Shown: positions 1-10,163 of the stretch, piece after piece | Layout of the letters: each line of letters begins with the position of its first letter | Numbering within the stretch: position 1 is the stretch's first letter | Origin: an uncultured Pseudobdellovibrionaceae bacterium | Lineage (GTDB): Bacteria > Pseudomonadota > Alphaproteobacteria > Micavibrionales > Micavibrionaceae | Length of the DNA: 64,000 bases | NCBI GenBank assembly: GCA_964467925.1 | Contig: CAYXSX010000001.1 | Location: 6,870 to 70,869, forward strand | Direction of reading: 5' to 3' | The notes under the pieces: model-generated | Database searches by the model: none | The model's input: only the letters and a program-made list of their open reading frames with translations | What the model was told of the DNA's origin: nothing | Program-made: the position numbers and the translations under genes

Positions 1-1
1 A

Positions 2-1612
2 CAGGCCGAAGAGGGAGAAGTTGTGATCATGACCGGGCGTCAGGATGACCGCGTGCGCGCCTTGGCAAAGCTTGGCAATTTTATCGACAGCTACCTTTTT
101 GTTGGCCGTATGGTCGATCCGAAAGTTCTTAACCACCTCGATCAAACGCGCGAGGCCGTTCAAGATTATGCACGGTTGCAGGAACGTTATTCTGGGCTTC
201 AGGTCGTAGTAACCATGATTTTCGTTGTTGTGGGCCTTTTGATGGTTCTGGGCGCGATTTGGTTCGGTTTGCTTCTCGCTCGCCAGCTGGTTACCCCTAT
301 CAGCACCTTGATTACCACCGCTGACCGTGTGCGGGCCGGTGATTTAACGGCCCGCGTGCCGGAACAGGAAAAGCTGGAGGAATTTGATTACCTCGCCCGC
401 AGTTTCAACCGCATGACCCATCAGATCGAGGAACAACAGGGCGAGCTGATCGCCGCCAACCGTCAGCTCGACCGCCGCCGCCGCTTCACCGAAACCGTAT
501 TGGCCGGAGTATCTTCCGGCGTTATCGGCGTGGATGAAAACGGCAATATCAGTCTGGCAAACAATTCGGCTCGCCAGCTTTTGGGCAGTGTCGAGGAAAA
601 TTTAACGGGCCGCCCGGTAAAAGAAATTTTCCCTGAGCTCGAACGTCTGATCGCCACGGCACATGATAAACCGCACCGCATTACGCAAGGAGAAATCCCC
701 GTTCACCGCGACAAAGAGGGGGAGCGCATTTTCCTCTTCCGCATTGCCGTGGAGCTTGTAGCCGAGGAAGACAAGGGCATGATTATTACTTTCGACGACA
801 TTACCGAGCTTCAATCGGCGCAGCGCAAGGCAGCGTGGGCGGACGTTGCACGGCGCATCGCCCATGAAATCAAAAACCCGCTCACCCCCATTCAGCTTTC
901 GGCGGAGCGTTTGAAGCGTAAATATCTTGGTGAAATCAAAAGCGATGCCACCACGTTTTCGCAATGCACAGATACGATTATCAAACATGTGGAGGATATT
1001 GGACGCATGGTCGATGAATTTTCCGCCTTCGCCCGCATGCCAGAACCGGTCATGAAGATGGATAATCTGAGCAAGCTGGTAAAAGATACACTCTTCCTGC
1101 AAAAACAAGCGCACCCCGATATTGAATTTCAGCTTCATGAGGAAGAAAATACGGCCCTGATGGTGCGCCTCGACGCTCAGCAGATCCGACAAGCCCTGAC
1201 TAATCTCCTGCAAAACGCCATTGATTCCATCCATATGCGCATTGAACGCGATAAAAAGTGGAAGTCCGGCAAAGCGGCTTCCGGTGCCATTAACCTTATG
1301 CTGGGCCGTAATCCGCAAGGGGAGTTTTTCATCAGCATCAGCGATAACGGCCTTGGCTTGCCCAAGGATGAAAACCCCGTCCACCTGACTGAACCTTATG
1401 TAACGCACAAAGCCAAGGGCACTGGCCTTGGCCTTGCTATCGTTAAGAAAATTATGGAGGACCATGAAGGCGAATTGATGCTCGAGGCCCCAAGCTGGAT
1501 AAAAACCATGAAAGACTGGCGCGATCTGGGCGGGGCCAATATAATCTTGTCTTTGCCCGCCACTGCGGCGGAAGCGGAAGCCGGAAACCCTAAAAAGAGC
1601 AAGAGTGCATAA
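2..1612 (+). CDS. ntrY: Nitrogen-regulation sensor histidine kinase NtrY (5' partial, frame open to window edge)
   Basis: TM segment then HAMP and PAS-like region. H-box HEIKNPLTPIQLSAERL and ATPase boxes (DNGLGLP, GTGLGLAIVKK). Followed 4 nt later by ntrX. Confidence 0.9.
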   Translation, partial: QAEEGEVVIMTGRQDDRVRALAKLGNFIDSYLFVGRMVDPKVLNHLDQTREAVQDYARLQERYSGLQVVVTMIFVVVGLLMVLGAIWFGLLLARQLVTPISTLITTADRVRAGDLTARVPEQEKLEEFDYLARSFNRMTHQIEEQQGELIAANRQLDRRRRFTETVLAGVSSGVIGVDENGNISLANNSARQLLGSVEENLTGRPVKEIFPELERLIATAHDKPHRITQGEIPVHRDKEGERIFLFRIAVELVAEEDKGMIITFDDITELQSAQRKAAWADVARRIAHEIKNPLTPIQLSAERLKRKYLGEIKSDATTFSQCTDTIIKHVEDIGRMVDEFSAFARMPEPVMKMDNLSKLVKDTLFLQKQAHPDIEFQLHEEENTALMVRLDAQQIRQALTNLLQNAIDSIHMRIERDKKWKSGKAASGAINLMLGRNPQGEFFISISDNGLGLPKDENPVHLTEPYVTHKAKGTGLGLAIVKKIMEDHEGELMLEAPSWIKTMKDWRDLGGANIILSLPATAAEAEAGNPKKSKSA

Positions 1613-1616
1613 ATAA

Positions 1617-3062
1617 ATGCGTGGCGATATTCTGATTGTTGATGACGAAGCCGATATCTGCAAACTTGTGCAGGGTATCTTGGAAGACGAGGGTTATGAA
1701 ACCCGTCTGGCATCGAATGCGCAGCAGGCAAGAGCAGCCATAGAGCAGAAACCACCCGCCCTGATTATTCAGGATATCTGGCTTCAGGGCAGCGATCAGG
1801 ACGGCCTGCAAATCCTTGAGACCGTAAAGGCCAAACATCCCTATATGCCCATCATTATGATCAGCGGTCACGGCACGATCGAAACCGCCGTGGCGGCGAT
1901 TAAAAAAGGCGCTTACGATTTCATCGAAAAACCGTTCAAGGCGGGGCGTTTGCTACTCATGGTCAGCCGCGCGCTGGAAACCGCCGAATTGCGCCGCGAA
2001 AACGAAATCCTGAAACAGCAAAAAGCTCCCGCCGTTCAGGAAATAGTCGGCAACTCCGATGCCACGAAAGCGCTGCGCCAGACGATTGAACGCGCCGCCA
2101 GCGTAAACAGCAGTGTGCTTTTGACAGGAGAGCCGGGCACAGGCAAGGACCTTGCCGCGCGCTCGATCCACAGTTTCTCGGCACGTAAAGACAAGCCTTA
2201 TATGGTTCTAAATTGTGCCACTCTTCATCCGGACAGAATCGAGGCTGAACTTTTCGGTGTTGAAAAAACGGCGAATAATCCGGGCCAGACAGGCATTCTG
2301 GAACAGGCCGATGGCGGCACTCTTTTACTGGACGAAGTCTGCGACATGCCGCTGGAAACGCAAGGCAAGATCGTGCGCGCCATTCAGGAGCAGCGCTTCC
2401 AACGCCTTGGCGGCGCCCCGTTCGTACAAGTGGATGTGCGTATCATTGCCTCTACCAATTACGATCTGGAGCAACGCATCAAGGAAGGCACGTTTCGGCA
2501 GGATCTTTATTACCGTCTCAACGTTATCCCCATTCACATTGCCCCCTTGCGTGAACACAGCGATGATATCGTAAAGCTGTCTGCGCATTTCATCAAAACG
2601 ATTTCGCAAGATTCGGGCCTGCCCGCCAAAGATCTGTCCAAGGACGCGCTTAAAATGCTGCAAAGCTATAACTGGCCCGGCAATATCCGCCAGCTTCGCA
2701 ACGTGCTGGAATGGGTCATGATCATGCATGGCGGGGAAAGCGAAAAAATTACGGCGGCGCAGCTTCCTCCCGACATTAAATCCACAGGGGCATATGATGA
2801 AACAGCAGGCGAAACTTTGTCAGGATTTGATTTTTCCGACATGCCACTGCGCGAAGCGCGCGAGTGTTTCGAGCGGGGATATCTGGCAGCGCAGATCAAG
2901 CAGTTCGAGGGCAATATTTCAAAAACCGCTAAATTTATCGGTATGGAACGCTCTGCCCTTCACCGCAAACTCAAATCGCTTGAAATACTGGGCCCCGAAA
3001 AACAAAACTTTTCCCCCGATGCCGATGCGCCGGAACAGGAAAATACGCGCAAAATTGCCTGA
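1617..3062 (+). CDS. ntrX: Response regulator NtrX (REC + AAA+ + HTH)
   Basis: REC domain (ILIVDDE, phospho-Asp context IIQDIWL). Walker A GEPGTGKD, GGTLLLDE, and a C-terminal Fis-type HTH. The GAFTGA loop is absent. Confidence 0.9.
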   Translation: MRGDILIVDDEADICKLVQGILEDEGYETRLASNAQQARAAIEQKPPALIIQDIWLQGSDQDGLQILETVKAKHPYMPIIMISGHGTIETAVAAIKKGAYDFIEKPFKAGRLLLMVSRALETAELRRENEILKQQKAPAVQEIVGNSDATKALRQTIERAASVNSSVLLTGEPGTGKDLAARSIHSFSARKDKPYMVLNCATLHPDRIEAELFGVEKTANNPGQTGILEQADGGTLLLDEVCDMPLETQGKIVRAIQEQRFQRLGGAPFVQVDVRIIASTNYDLEQRIKEGTFRQDLYYRLNVIPIHIAPLREHSDDIVKLSAHFIKTISQDSGLPAKDLSKDALKMLQSYNWPGNIRQLRNVLEWVMIMHGGESEKITAAQLPPDIKSTGAYDETAGETLSGFDFSDMPLREARECFERGYLAAQIKQFEGNISKTAKFIGMERSALHRKLKSLEILGPEKQNFSPDADAPEQENTRKIA

Positions 3063-3102
3063 AGATCGTTATAGTGCTTAAAAATAAAAAGAGGTCAAAC
3101 CT

Positions 3103-4479
3103 ATGAGAGTTATTATTTGCGGGGCGGGGCAGGTTGGATACAGCATTGCCGCCTATCTTTCGAATGAGGAAAACGACGTTACAGTCGTGGACCAAAACCC
3201 GCAGCTTATCGCACAAATCAACGACGACATGGATGTGAACGCGGTTGTGGGCCATGCCTCCAACCCTGATATCTTGAGTAATGCCGGCGCGAAAGATGCC
3301 GACATGATCGTAGCGGTGACTCAATCGGATGAGGTCAATATGGTGGCGTGTCAGATCGGCCACTCGCTGTTCGGCATTCCGAAAAAAATCGCCCGCGTGC
3401 GCGAGCAAGCTTATCTCGATCCCGCATGGTCGAATTTGTTCAGCCGTTCCCACATGCCGATCGACGTGATCATTTCGCCCGAGGTTATTATCGCTAACGA
3501 TATTTTCCAGCGTCTGTCCGTGCCTGGCACAACATTCGTGATCCCGTTGGCCGAAGGTCTGGCGCATATGGTGGGGGTTATCTGCGGTGAGGATTGCCCC
3601 ATTCTCAACACGCCGCTAGCGCAACTCAGGAACCTGTTCCCCGATCTGGCATTTGAAATTGTTGCTATTTTGCGCAATAACAAATCCATCATTCCCGACG
3701 GCACGGATCAGCTAGAGGTCGGTGACGAAGTTTATTTCATCGTCAACACCAAGCACCTGAACCGTACTATGGTGGCTTTCGGCCACGAAGAAACCAAAGC
3801 ACGCCGCATCGTGATCGCGGGCGGCGGGAATATCGGCAAGGTATTGGTCGAACTGATCCGTGAAAAATCCAAGGGCGTACAGATCAAAATCATCGAGGCC
3901 AATGAAGCGCGCGCGAATTACCTGAGCGAACAATTCGAAGACACTATCGTTCTACAGGGTAATTGTCTGGATAAAGACCTTTTGGAAGAAGCCTCCATCG
4001 ATACGGTCGAAACCTTCGTGGCTATCACCAACGACGACGAAAGCAACATTCTGGGCTCTCTTCTGGCCAAACAATATGGCTGCAAACGCGTGATTACGCT
4101 TGTGAATAATAACGCGTATTCGCCGCTTGTCGCGCCCATGGGCATTGATGCCATGATTTCACCACGCGCCACCATCGTTGCCCAGATCATGCAGCATGTG
4201 CGCCGCGGGAGGATCAAGGGTCTGCATAATTTGCGCGACGGTTTCGCGGAAGTGATCGAGGCGGAAATTTCCGAGAATACCAATATCGCCAATACATCCA
4301 TCGCCGATCTGGAATTGCCGCATGAGGTGATTATAGGTGCCGTGATCCGCGAAGATGATGTGATTATGCCGTATCCCGAGCTTGTCTTGCGGCCCGGTGA
4401 TGATGTGATCATTCTTGCCTCTCAGGCGCAGGTGCAAGAGGTTGAAAAAATGTTCTCCGTTCTAATGGACCTGTTTTAA
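3103..4479 (+). CDS. trkA: Trk potassium uptake system NAD-binding subunit TrkA
   Basis: Two Rossmann/RCK repeats (MRVIICGAGQVG and IVIAGGGNIGK); 458 aa, typical TrkA length. Confidence 0.9.
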   Translation: MRVIICGAGQVGYSIAAYLSNEENDVTVVDQNPQLIAQINDDMDVNAVVGHASNPDILSNAGAKDADMIVAVTQSDEVNMVACQIGHSLFGIPKKIARVREQAYLDPAWSNLFSRSHMPIDVIISPEVIIANDIFQRLSVPGTTFVIPLAEGLAHMVGVICGEDCPILNTPLAQLRNLFPDLAFEIVAILRNNKSIIPDGTDQLEVGDEVYFIVNTKHLNRTMVAFGHEETKARRIVIAGGGNIGKVLVELIREKSKGVQIKIIEANEARANYLSEQFEDTIVLQGNCLDKDLLEEASIDTVETFVAITNDDESNILGSLLAKQYGCKRVITLVNNNAYSPLVAPMGIDAMISPRATIVAQIMQHVRRGRIKGLHNLRDGFAEVIEAEISENTNIANTSIADLELPHEVIIGAVIREDDVIMPYPELVLRPGDDVIILASQAQVQEVEKMFSVLMDLF

Positions 4480-4482
4480 ACC

Positions 4483-5361
4483 ATGCCCGCTTTTGCCTAT
4501 GTTAACGGTCGTTACGTTCATCATCGCGATGCCGCCGTGCATATCGAGGACCGCGGTTTTCAATTCGCCGACAGCGTGTATGAGGTCATTGCCTGTATAA
4601 ATGGTACTTTGGCCGATGCGCCCGGACATCTCGACCGGATGGAACGCTCGCTCGGTGAATTGGCAATGGGCATGCCCTGTTCGCGCAAGGCATTGCTGCT
4701 GATCATCCGCAACTTGCTTCGTAAAAACAGGCTTTCCAGCGCCGCCGTGTATATTCAGGTCACGAGAGGGAGCGCCAAGCGCGATTTCAAATTTCCCTCT
4801 GCGGATACGCCGCAAACGCTTGTGATCACAACGCGCCCCTTTAATTTTGCACAAAACCCCTATATCGAAAAGGGAGCCAAGGCGATTACCGTGCCCGACT
4901 TACGCTGGGCGAGGCGCGACATCAAAACCACCGGGCTTTTGCCTCAGGCTCTTGCGAAACAGGCGGCCGCCGAGAAAGGCGCCCAGGAAGCCCTGATGAT
5001 TGATGAGGACGGCTATATCACCGAAGGATCCTCCAGCAATTCATGGATTTTAAAGGATAAGACCTTGTATACCCGCAACGCCGATCACATGATCCTGAAG
5101 GGGGTGACGCGCATGGCGGTCAACCATGTGGCGCAAAAAATGGGCCTTACAATAACCGAGCGCAAATTCAAACCCGAAGAAGCGCTAGAGGCCGATGAAG
5201 CCTTTAACACCAGCGCAACCGCCATGATCATGCCTATCGTGGAAATCGACGGCAAAAAGCTTGGCACGGGCAAGCCCGGCCCCGTGACACAGAAGATTTT
5301 CGAAGAATATAAAAACTATGTCTTCGGAAAATACGGCTCCCCGCTTACATGGAAATACTGA
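4483..5361 (+). CDS. Class IV aminotransferase (D-amino-acid / branched-chain family)
   Basis: 292 aa. The N-terminus (GFQFADSVYEV) and the DIKTTGLL and EGSSSN segments are typical of fold-type IV PLP enzymes. Confidence 0.8.
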   Translation: MPAFAYVNGRYVHHRDAAVHIEDRGFQFADSVYEVIACINGTLADAPGHLDRMERSLGELAMGMPCSRKALLLIIRNLLRKNRLSSAAVYIQVTRGSAKRDFKFPSADTPQTLVITTRPFNFAQNPYIEKGAKAITVPDLRWARRDIKTTGLLPQALAKQAAAEKGAQEALMIDEDGYITEGSSSNSWILKDKTLYTRNADHMILKGVTRMAVNHVAQKMGLTITERKFKPEEALEADEAFNTSATAMIMPIVEIDGKKLGTGKPGPVTQKIFEEYKNYVFGKYGSPLTWKY

Positions 5362-5365
5362 TCTG

Positions 5366-6034
5366 ATGAATTTGCCCGCAAGACTTCCCGAAACCATGAT
5401 TTTCGACTGGGACGGCACGCTGGCCGACAGTTTCGTATTCCTCAACCTCGCGCATAACCATGTACGCGATGTGTTCGGCATGGATCCCATGACGCACGAA
5501 GAGTTTAAATATTATTTCGGCAAGCCGCGCGAGGTGCTTTACAAGGTCATGTATGAAAGTCGCGCGGAAGAGGCCAAAACCCATTTTGAATCCTACGTGG
5601 TGGCCAATCATCACAAGCTCGAGCCCTTGGAGGGGGCGGGGGCACTGCTCCAGAGCCTGCACGAGGCTGGCGTGGTGATGAGTGTGGTGACCAATAAACG
5701 CAGCAAATTCGTAACCGCCGAGATCGAAAACATGGGCTGGGACGGGTATTTCGCTTCGGTCGTCGGGGCGGGTGAGGCCAAAGCCGACAAACCCGATACC
5801 GCGCCCTTACTGCTTGCGTTGGAAAAGGGCGGAATAGTTAATAATCCGGCCCATACATGGTTTATCGGTGATACCGATATCGACCTTCTTTGCGCCCGCG
5901 CCTTCGGCTGCCATGCCGTTTTAATCGGCGAAACGCCCGAAAGACAATCATGGATTGAGGATTATAACCCCATGATGGCGTTCAAAACCTTACCCGAATT
6001 TCATAAAGAAATATTACAAATAGCGGCAAAATAA
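5366..6034 (+). CDS. HAD-superfamily hydrolase (phosphoglycolate-phosphatase-like)
   Basis: HAD motif I at FDWDGTLADS, motif II at VVTNK, motif III at GDTDIDL. Start moved to ATG 5366 to clear the upstream stop at 5361. Confidence 0.75.
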   Translation: MNLPARLPETMIFDWDGTLADSFVFLNLAHNHVRDVFGMDPMTHEEFKYYFGKPREVLYKVMYESRAEEAKTHFESYVVANHHKLEPLEGAGALLQSLHEAGVVMSVVTNKRSKFVTAEIENMGWDGYFASVVGAGEAKADKPDTAPLLLALEKGGIVNNPAHTWFIGDTDIDLLCARAFGCHAVLIGETPERQSWIEDYNPMMAFKTLPEFHKEILQIAAK

Positions 6035-6042
6035 GTAAAAAT

Positions 6043-6058
6043 TGGCTTGCCGCCTGCC
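6043..6058 (+). promoter_or_regulatory. Candidate sigma-54 type -24/-12 element (TGGCTTGCCGCCTGC)
   Basis: GG (6044-6045) and GC (6056-6057) have the canonical 12-nt register; the element lies 66 nt upstream of the hfq ATG. Pattern match only. Confidence 0.25.
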
Positions 6059-6123
6059 GTTTTCTTGTTTAAGAAGCTGTAAAAAGCCTGCGTAATGCAG
6101 AAAAACAATAATTGGACATAAAA

Positions 6124-6384
6124 ATGGCAGATAAAATCCAAAACGTACAAGACGTGTTTCTGAATAAAATCCGCAAGGAAAAGATGTCGGTCACCGTCTT
6201 TCTCGTGAACGGGGTAAAACTTCAGGGTGTTATTACATGGTTCGATAATTTCAGCATGTTGCTGAGACGTGATTCACACGTACAGCTGATTTACAAGCAC
6301 GCCATCTCGACAATCATGCCGGGCGGCCCGCTTAGTCTGAATGACGAAGAAGACACCGAGAAAAAGGCCGACACAGACGCCTAG
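6124..6384 (+). CDS. hfq: RNA chaperone Hfq
   Basis: Sm motifs [39 protein letters not shown] and YKHAISTI. hflX lies immediately downstream. Confidence 0.95.
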   Translation: MADKIQNVQDVFLNKIRKEKMSVTVFLVNGVKLQGVITWFDNFSMLLRRDSHVQLIYKHAISTIMPGGPLSLNDEEDTEKKADTDA

Positions 6385-6397
6385 CCGCAAAGACCAT

Positions 6398-7711
6398 ATG
6401 TTTATCAATTATAACCATCCCGCGCATAAAAAGCGGGACAGGGCACTTATCATTCACCCTGAGCTTCCCTCCCGCCCGCAAAGCCGGGATATGGAAGATA
6501 TTCTGGAAGAAGCCGAAGGGCTGGCCCATGCGATCGAGCTTGACGTTGCACACACGGAAACTTTGAAAGTTTCCGCCATTCAGGCCGGTGCCTTTTTCGG
6601 CAAGGGGCAGCGTGAGAAAGTCGCCGGAATTATAGAGGAAACCGATCCCGACATCGTTATCGTCAACAGCACGCTTTCGCCCGTGCAGCAACGTAACCTC
6701 GAAAAAGAATGGAACCGCAAGGTTATCGACCGTACCGGACTGATCCTCGAGATTTTCGGCGCCCGCGCTCAAACGAAAGAGGGGCGGCTTCAGGTCGATC
6801 TGGCCGCTCTGGAATATCAACGCTCCCGCCTCGTGCGCTCATGGACGCACCTTGAGCGTCAGCGCGGCGGGGCAGGGTTCATGGGCGGGCCCGGCGAGCG
6901 GCAGATCGAGCTCGACCGCCGCATCATAGACCAAAAAATCGTCCAGCTTAAAAAGGAACTGGAGCAGGTGATGCGCACGCGCCGCCTTGGCCGTCAGAAC
7001 CGCGAACGCGTGCCTTATCCCGTGATCGCGCTTGTCGGCTATACCAACGCGGGGAAATCCACGTTGTTCAATACCATTACCGATGCCGGAGTGTTTGCCG
7101 AAGACCTGCCTTTTGCCACGCTCGACCCCACCTTGCGCAAGATCACACTCTCCAATAATCAGGAAGCTATTTTGTCCGATACGGTGGGATTTATCTCCGA
7201 CCTGCCTACCCATCTTGTTGCCGCCTTCCGCGCCACGCTGGAACAAACGGTTCACAGCGACGTTCTTGTCCATGTCATCGACGTTTCGCGTCATGACTGG
7301 CAATCCCAGCGCGAGGACGTCATCCGCATCCTTCAGGACCTTGGCATCGAATATGAGCGCGATAACCGTATTATCGAGGCATATAACAAAATCGATGCCC
7401 TGCCGCCCGAAGAACGCGAAAGACTGAGCCATAAATTCCATGGCCGTGACGACGTTATTCTACTTTCCGCGCTAAAGGAGGAGGGGCTCGACAGGCTGGA
7501 TGAAAGCTGTATCGATATCCTCGCCGCCCGTCATGTGGATGTGAGCCTCACGCTACCCTATGCCGACGGGCGCTCGCTCGGCTGGCTATACGATCATGCA
7601 GATATTTTGAAGCGTGAGGACGGCGAAGAGGGGATCAAACTTTCCTTTCGCATCGATCCCGGAATGCTGGAAAAGTTCAAACAGGAAACTGGGTATAAGG
7701 TTAAACCTTAA
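6398..7711 (+). CDS. hflX: GTPase HflX
   Basis: G1 GYTNAGKST, G3 DTVGF, G4 NKID. Start set to ATG 6398, just after the hfq stop. Confidence 0.9.
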   Translation: MFINYNHPAHKKRDRALIIHPELPSRPQSRDMEDILEEAEGLAHAIELDVAHTETLKVSAIQAGAFFGKGQREKVAGIIEETDPDIVIVNSTLSPVQQRNLEKEWNRKVIDRTGLILEIFGARAQTKEGRLQVDLAALEYQRSRLVRSWTHLERQRGGAGFMGGPGERQIELDRRIIDQKIVQLKKELEQVMRTRRLGRQNRERVPYPVIALVGYTNAGKSTLFNTITDAGVFAEDLPFATLDPTLRKITLSNNQEAILSDTVGFISDLPTHLVAAFRATLEQTVHSDVLVHVIDVSRHDWQSQREDVIRILQDLGIEYERDNRIIEAYNKIDALPPEERERLSHKFHGRDDVILLSALKEEGLDRLDESCIDILAARHVDVSLTLPYADGRSLGWLYDHADILKREDGEEGIKLSFRIDPGMLEKFKQETGYKVKP

Positions 7712-8499
7712 GCGGCACGTTCTTTAGCTTTTTGCTCTTGCCATGCGGCTTCCATTTCCTCCAATGAAGCGTCCTTAATATCTTCACCTTTTACTTTAAA
7801 AATACCCTCTAAACCCTTAAACCTTCTTTCAAATTTATCATTTGTGTTTCGCAGTGCCGTTTCAGCATTTATATCGAACTGACGCGCCAGTCCGGCGACC
7901 ACGAACAGCACATCGCCCAGTTCTTCCGCCTTTTCTTCTATCGTACCTGAGGCGACAGCTTCGCGCAGTTCGGCCAGTTCCTCTTCCAGTTTATTCAAAA
8001 AACCATCAATGGATTGCCATTCAAACCCCACCTTGGCCGCCTTTTTTTGCAATTTCTGCGCCCGGAGCAGGGCGGGCAGGGCCTTGGCCACACCGTCAAG
8101 CGCACTGGCGCTTTCCGGCTTTTCCAGCGCTTTTTTCTCGTCCCAGATCGCGTTAACGTCCTCTGCGCTCCCCGCCGCGCGGTCGCCAAACACATGCGGG
8201 TGGCGGGAAATCATCTTTTCGGTGACGTCCTTGATCACATCTTCGATAGTGAAAAACCCTTCTTCCGATGCCATTTGAGCATGATAAATCGGCTGGAGGA
8301 GGAGATCGCCAAGCTCCTCACGCAAATCTTTCATATCGCTACGCTCGATAGCATCTAGGACCTCATAGGCTTCCTCAACCGTATAGGGGGCGATGGATTG
8401 AAAATCCTGCCCCAGATCCCACGGGCAGCCGCCTTCCGGATCACGTAACCGCGCCATGACTTTGATTAACTCTTCGATAGGGTGTTTTTGCTCGCTCAT
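7708..8499 (-). CDS. mazG: Nucleoside triphosphate pyrophosphohydrolase MazG
   Basis: Tandem MazG domains with EExxExxD-type motifs (EEAYEVLDAIE, EELGDLLLQ, EELGDVLFV). Confidence 0.9.
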   Translation of the reverse strand: MSEQKHPIEELIKVMARLRDPEGGCPWDLGQDFQSIAPYTVEEAYEVLDAIERSDMKDLREELGDLLLQPIYHAQMASEEGFFTIEDVIKDVTEKMISRHPHVFGDRAAGSAEDVNAIWDEKKALEKPESASALDGVAKALPALLRAQKLQKKAAKVGFEWQSIDGFLNKLEEELAELREAVASGTIEEKAEELGDVLFVVAGLARQFDINAETALRNTNDKFERRFKGLEGIFKVKGEDIKDASLEEMEAAWQEQKAKERAA

Positions 8500-8508
8500 T
8501 TTTTTCCC

Positions 8509-9954
8509 TTATCTACGCCAGTATTCCGACCGGAATAATACCAGCACCGTCATCATTTCCAAACGCCCGAAAAGCATTGCTGCGCATAACAGCCATTTCG
8601 CCGTATCGGGCAGTGAGGCAAAATTTCCAGATGGCCCTATGATATTCCCTATACCCGGCCCGACATTGGCAAGCGCGGTGGCCGATGCACTGATCGCGGT
8701 TTCAAAATCAAGGCCGAGCAGGCTCAGGGCAATAGCCAGCACCGCCGCAGAAATGGCAAAAACTCCTAGAAAACCCAGAACCGCGATTGCCATATTTGAA
8801 TCAATAGGCCGTCCCTGATAATGCAGGGTAAAAACACCGTGGGGGAAGAGCAAGGTTTTAATCTGACGCTGCGCCAGTTTAAGGGCAATCACCAGCCGCA
8901 TAACCTTCATTCCGCCAGCGGTAGAGCCCGAACACGCCCCCAAGAAGGTCAGGAAGAATATAAACGTCGCCGCAAATCCGCCCCATAACGTATAATCCGT
9001 CGTAGCAAAGCCGGTGGTGGTGATAATCGAAATCACGTTAAAAACTACGTAGCGCAGACTTTCCTCTACGCTGTAGGCTGAATTCAGCCATAGCCAACTG
9101 GTGAGAACAACGAAAAAACAAACCAGCATCACCAGAAGTGATCTGAATTGCTCATCCTTGAAAAACTCAAATTTTCCCTGAAAAAAGAACTTGATATAAA
9201 GCACGAAGGGAATACCGCCGCATAGCATGAAAAATGCTCCGGCATAGTGCAGGGCAGGCTCTTTGAAAAACCCGAAAGAGGCGTCATGCGTTGAGTATCC
9301 GCCGGTAGGGATGGTGGTTAGAGCATGATTGATCGCATCAAAAATATTCATACCCAGCACAAAAAATGTTGCAGCGCACGCAGCCGTCAAAATGGCGTAA
9401 ACCTTGAGCAGTGAAGCAACAAGATCGACTGTCCTTGGCATCACTTTTTCCGATTTATCCGATGATTCCGTGCGGAAAAGCTGCATCCCGCCAATGCGCA
9501 GAAAGGGCAGAATGACGATGGCAAAGGCGATAATTCCTATCCCGCCGATCCACTGCGTAATCGAGCGCCAAAGCAAAATCCCGCGTGACATGCCGTCCAA
9601 CCCGCTAAGAACCGTAGATCCTGTCGTGGTAACACCTGAAACGGACTCAAAAAATGCGTCCGTAAAAGAAAGATCGAGATCGGAGAAATAAAACGGAAAG
9701 GCGGCGAATACGCTCATCGCGAGCCAGCTCAGCACGGTGAGCATAAAGGTCTGGCGTAGATCCAGATTGTTATCATGCGCGTAATTTGAAAGTATTAACG
9801 CTCCGCCGAAGAACAGTGAAACAAGAGCACATTCCACAAATGCGGCAGAATTCATATGATCGTCGCTCATATCGACCAGCGCCGGTATAAATTCGGCCAC
9901 GCCGATAATCACAAGTAATATCCCGATCGTAAAACCGACGATTTGATGTTTCAA
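8509..9954 (-). CDS. trkH: Trk potassium uptake system membrane subunit TrkH
   Basis: 481 aa polytopic membrane protein with repeated selectivity-filter-like segments (TTTGF, GGYS, GVTTTGS). Confidence 0.9.
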   Translation of the reverse strand: MKHQIVGFTIGILLVIIGVAEFIPALVDMSDDHMNSAAFVECALVSLFFGGALILSNYAHDNNLDLRQTFMLTVLSWLAMSVFAAFPFYFSDLDLSFTDAFFESVSGVTTTGSTVLSGLDGMSRGILLWRSITQWIGGIGIIAFAIVILPFLRIGGMQLFRTESSDKSEKVMPRTVDLVASLLKVYAILTAACAATFFVLGMNIFDAINHALTTIPTGGYSTHDASFGFFKEPALHYAGAFFMLCGGIPFVLYIKFFFQGKFEFFKDEQFRSLLVMLVCFFVVLTSWLWLNSAYSVEESLRYVVFNVISIITTTGFATTDYTLWGGFAATFIFFLTFLGACSGSTAGGMKVMRLVIALKLAQRQIKTLLFPHGVFTLHYQGRPIDSNMAIAVLGFLGVFAISAAVLAIALSLLGLDFETAISASATALANVGPGIGNIIGPSGNFASLPDTAKWLLCAAMLFGRLEMMTVLVLFRSEYWRR

Positions 9955-10163
9955 AACAAGAATACCGTTTTAATTGCTCCGGCCCAAAAGGGCATCCTAG
10001 TTTTAAAAGATTCAGCCCCGAGTTGAAAGGTAAATATAGGATAGCAAAAGTGTGATAATGTATATTATGGAAATTAATATATACGGTTATCCGGGACTAG
10101 GCCGGAACTTACTCTTAGCGCTTTAAATTGGCGTTTGGCGTTAATAATGCGCTATTATAATAT

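Noticed and set aside
602-1663. 353-aa ORF antisense to ntrY
   Set aside because: The sense strand has unmistakable histidine-kinase motifs. The antisense product is low-complexity with no motifs, as is typical of open antisense frames in GC-biased coding DNA.
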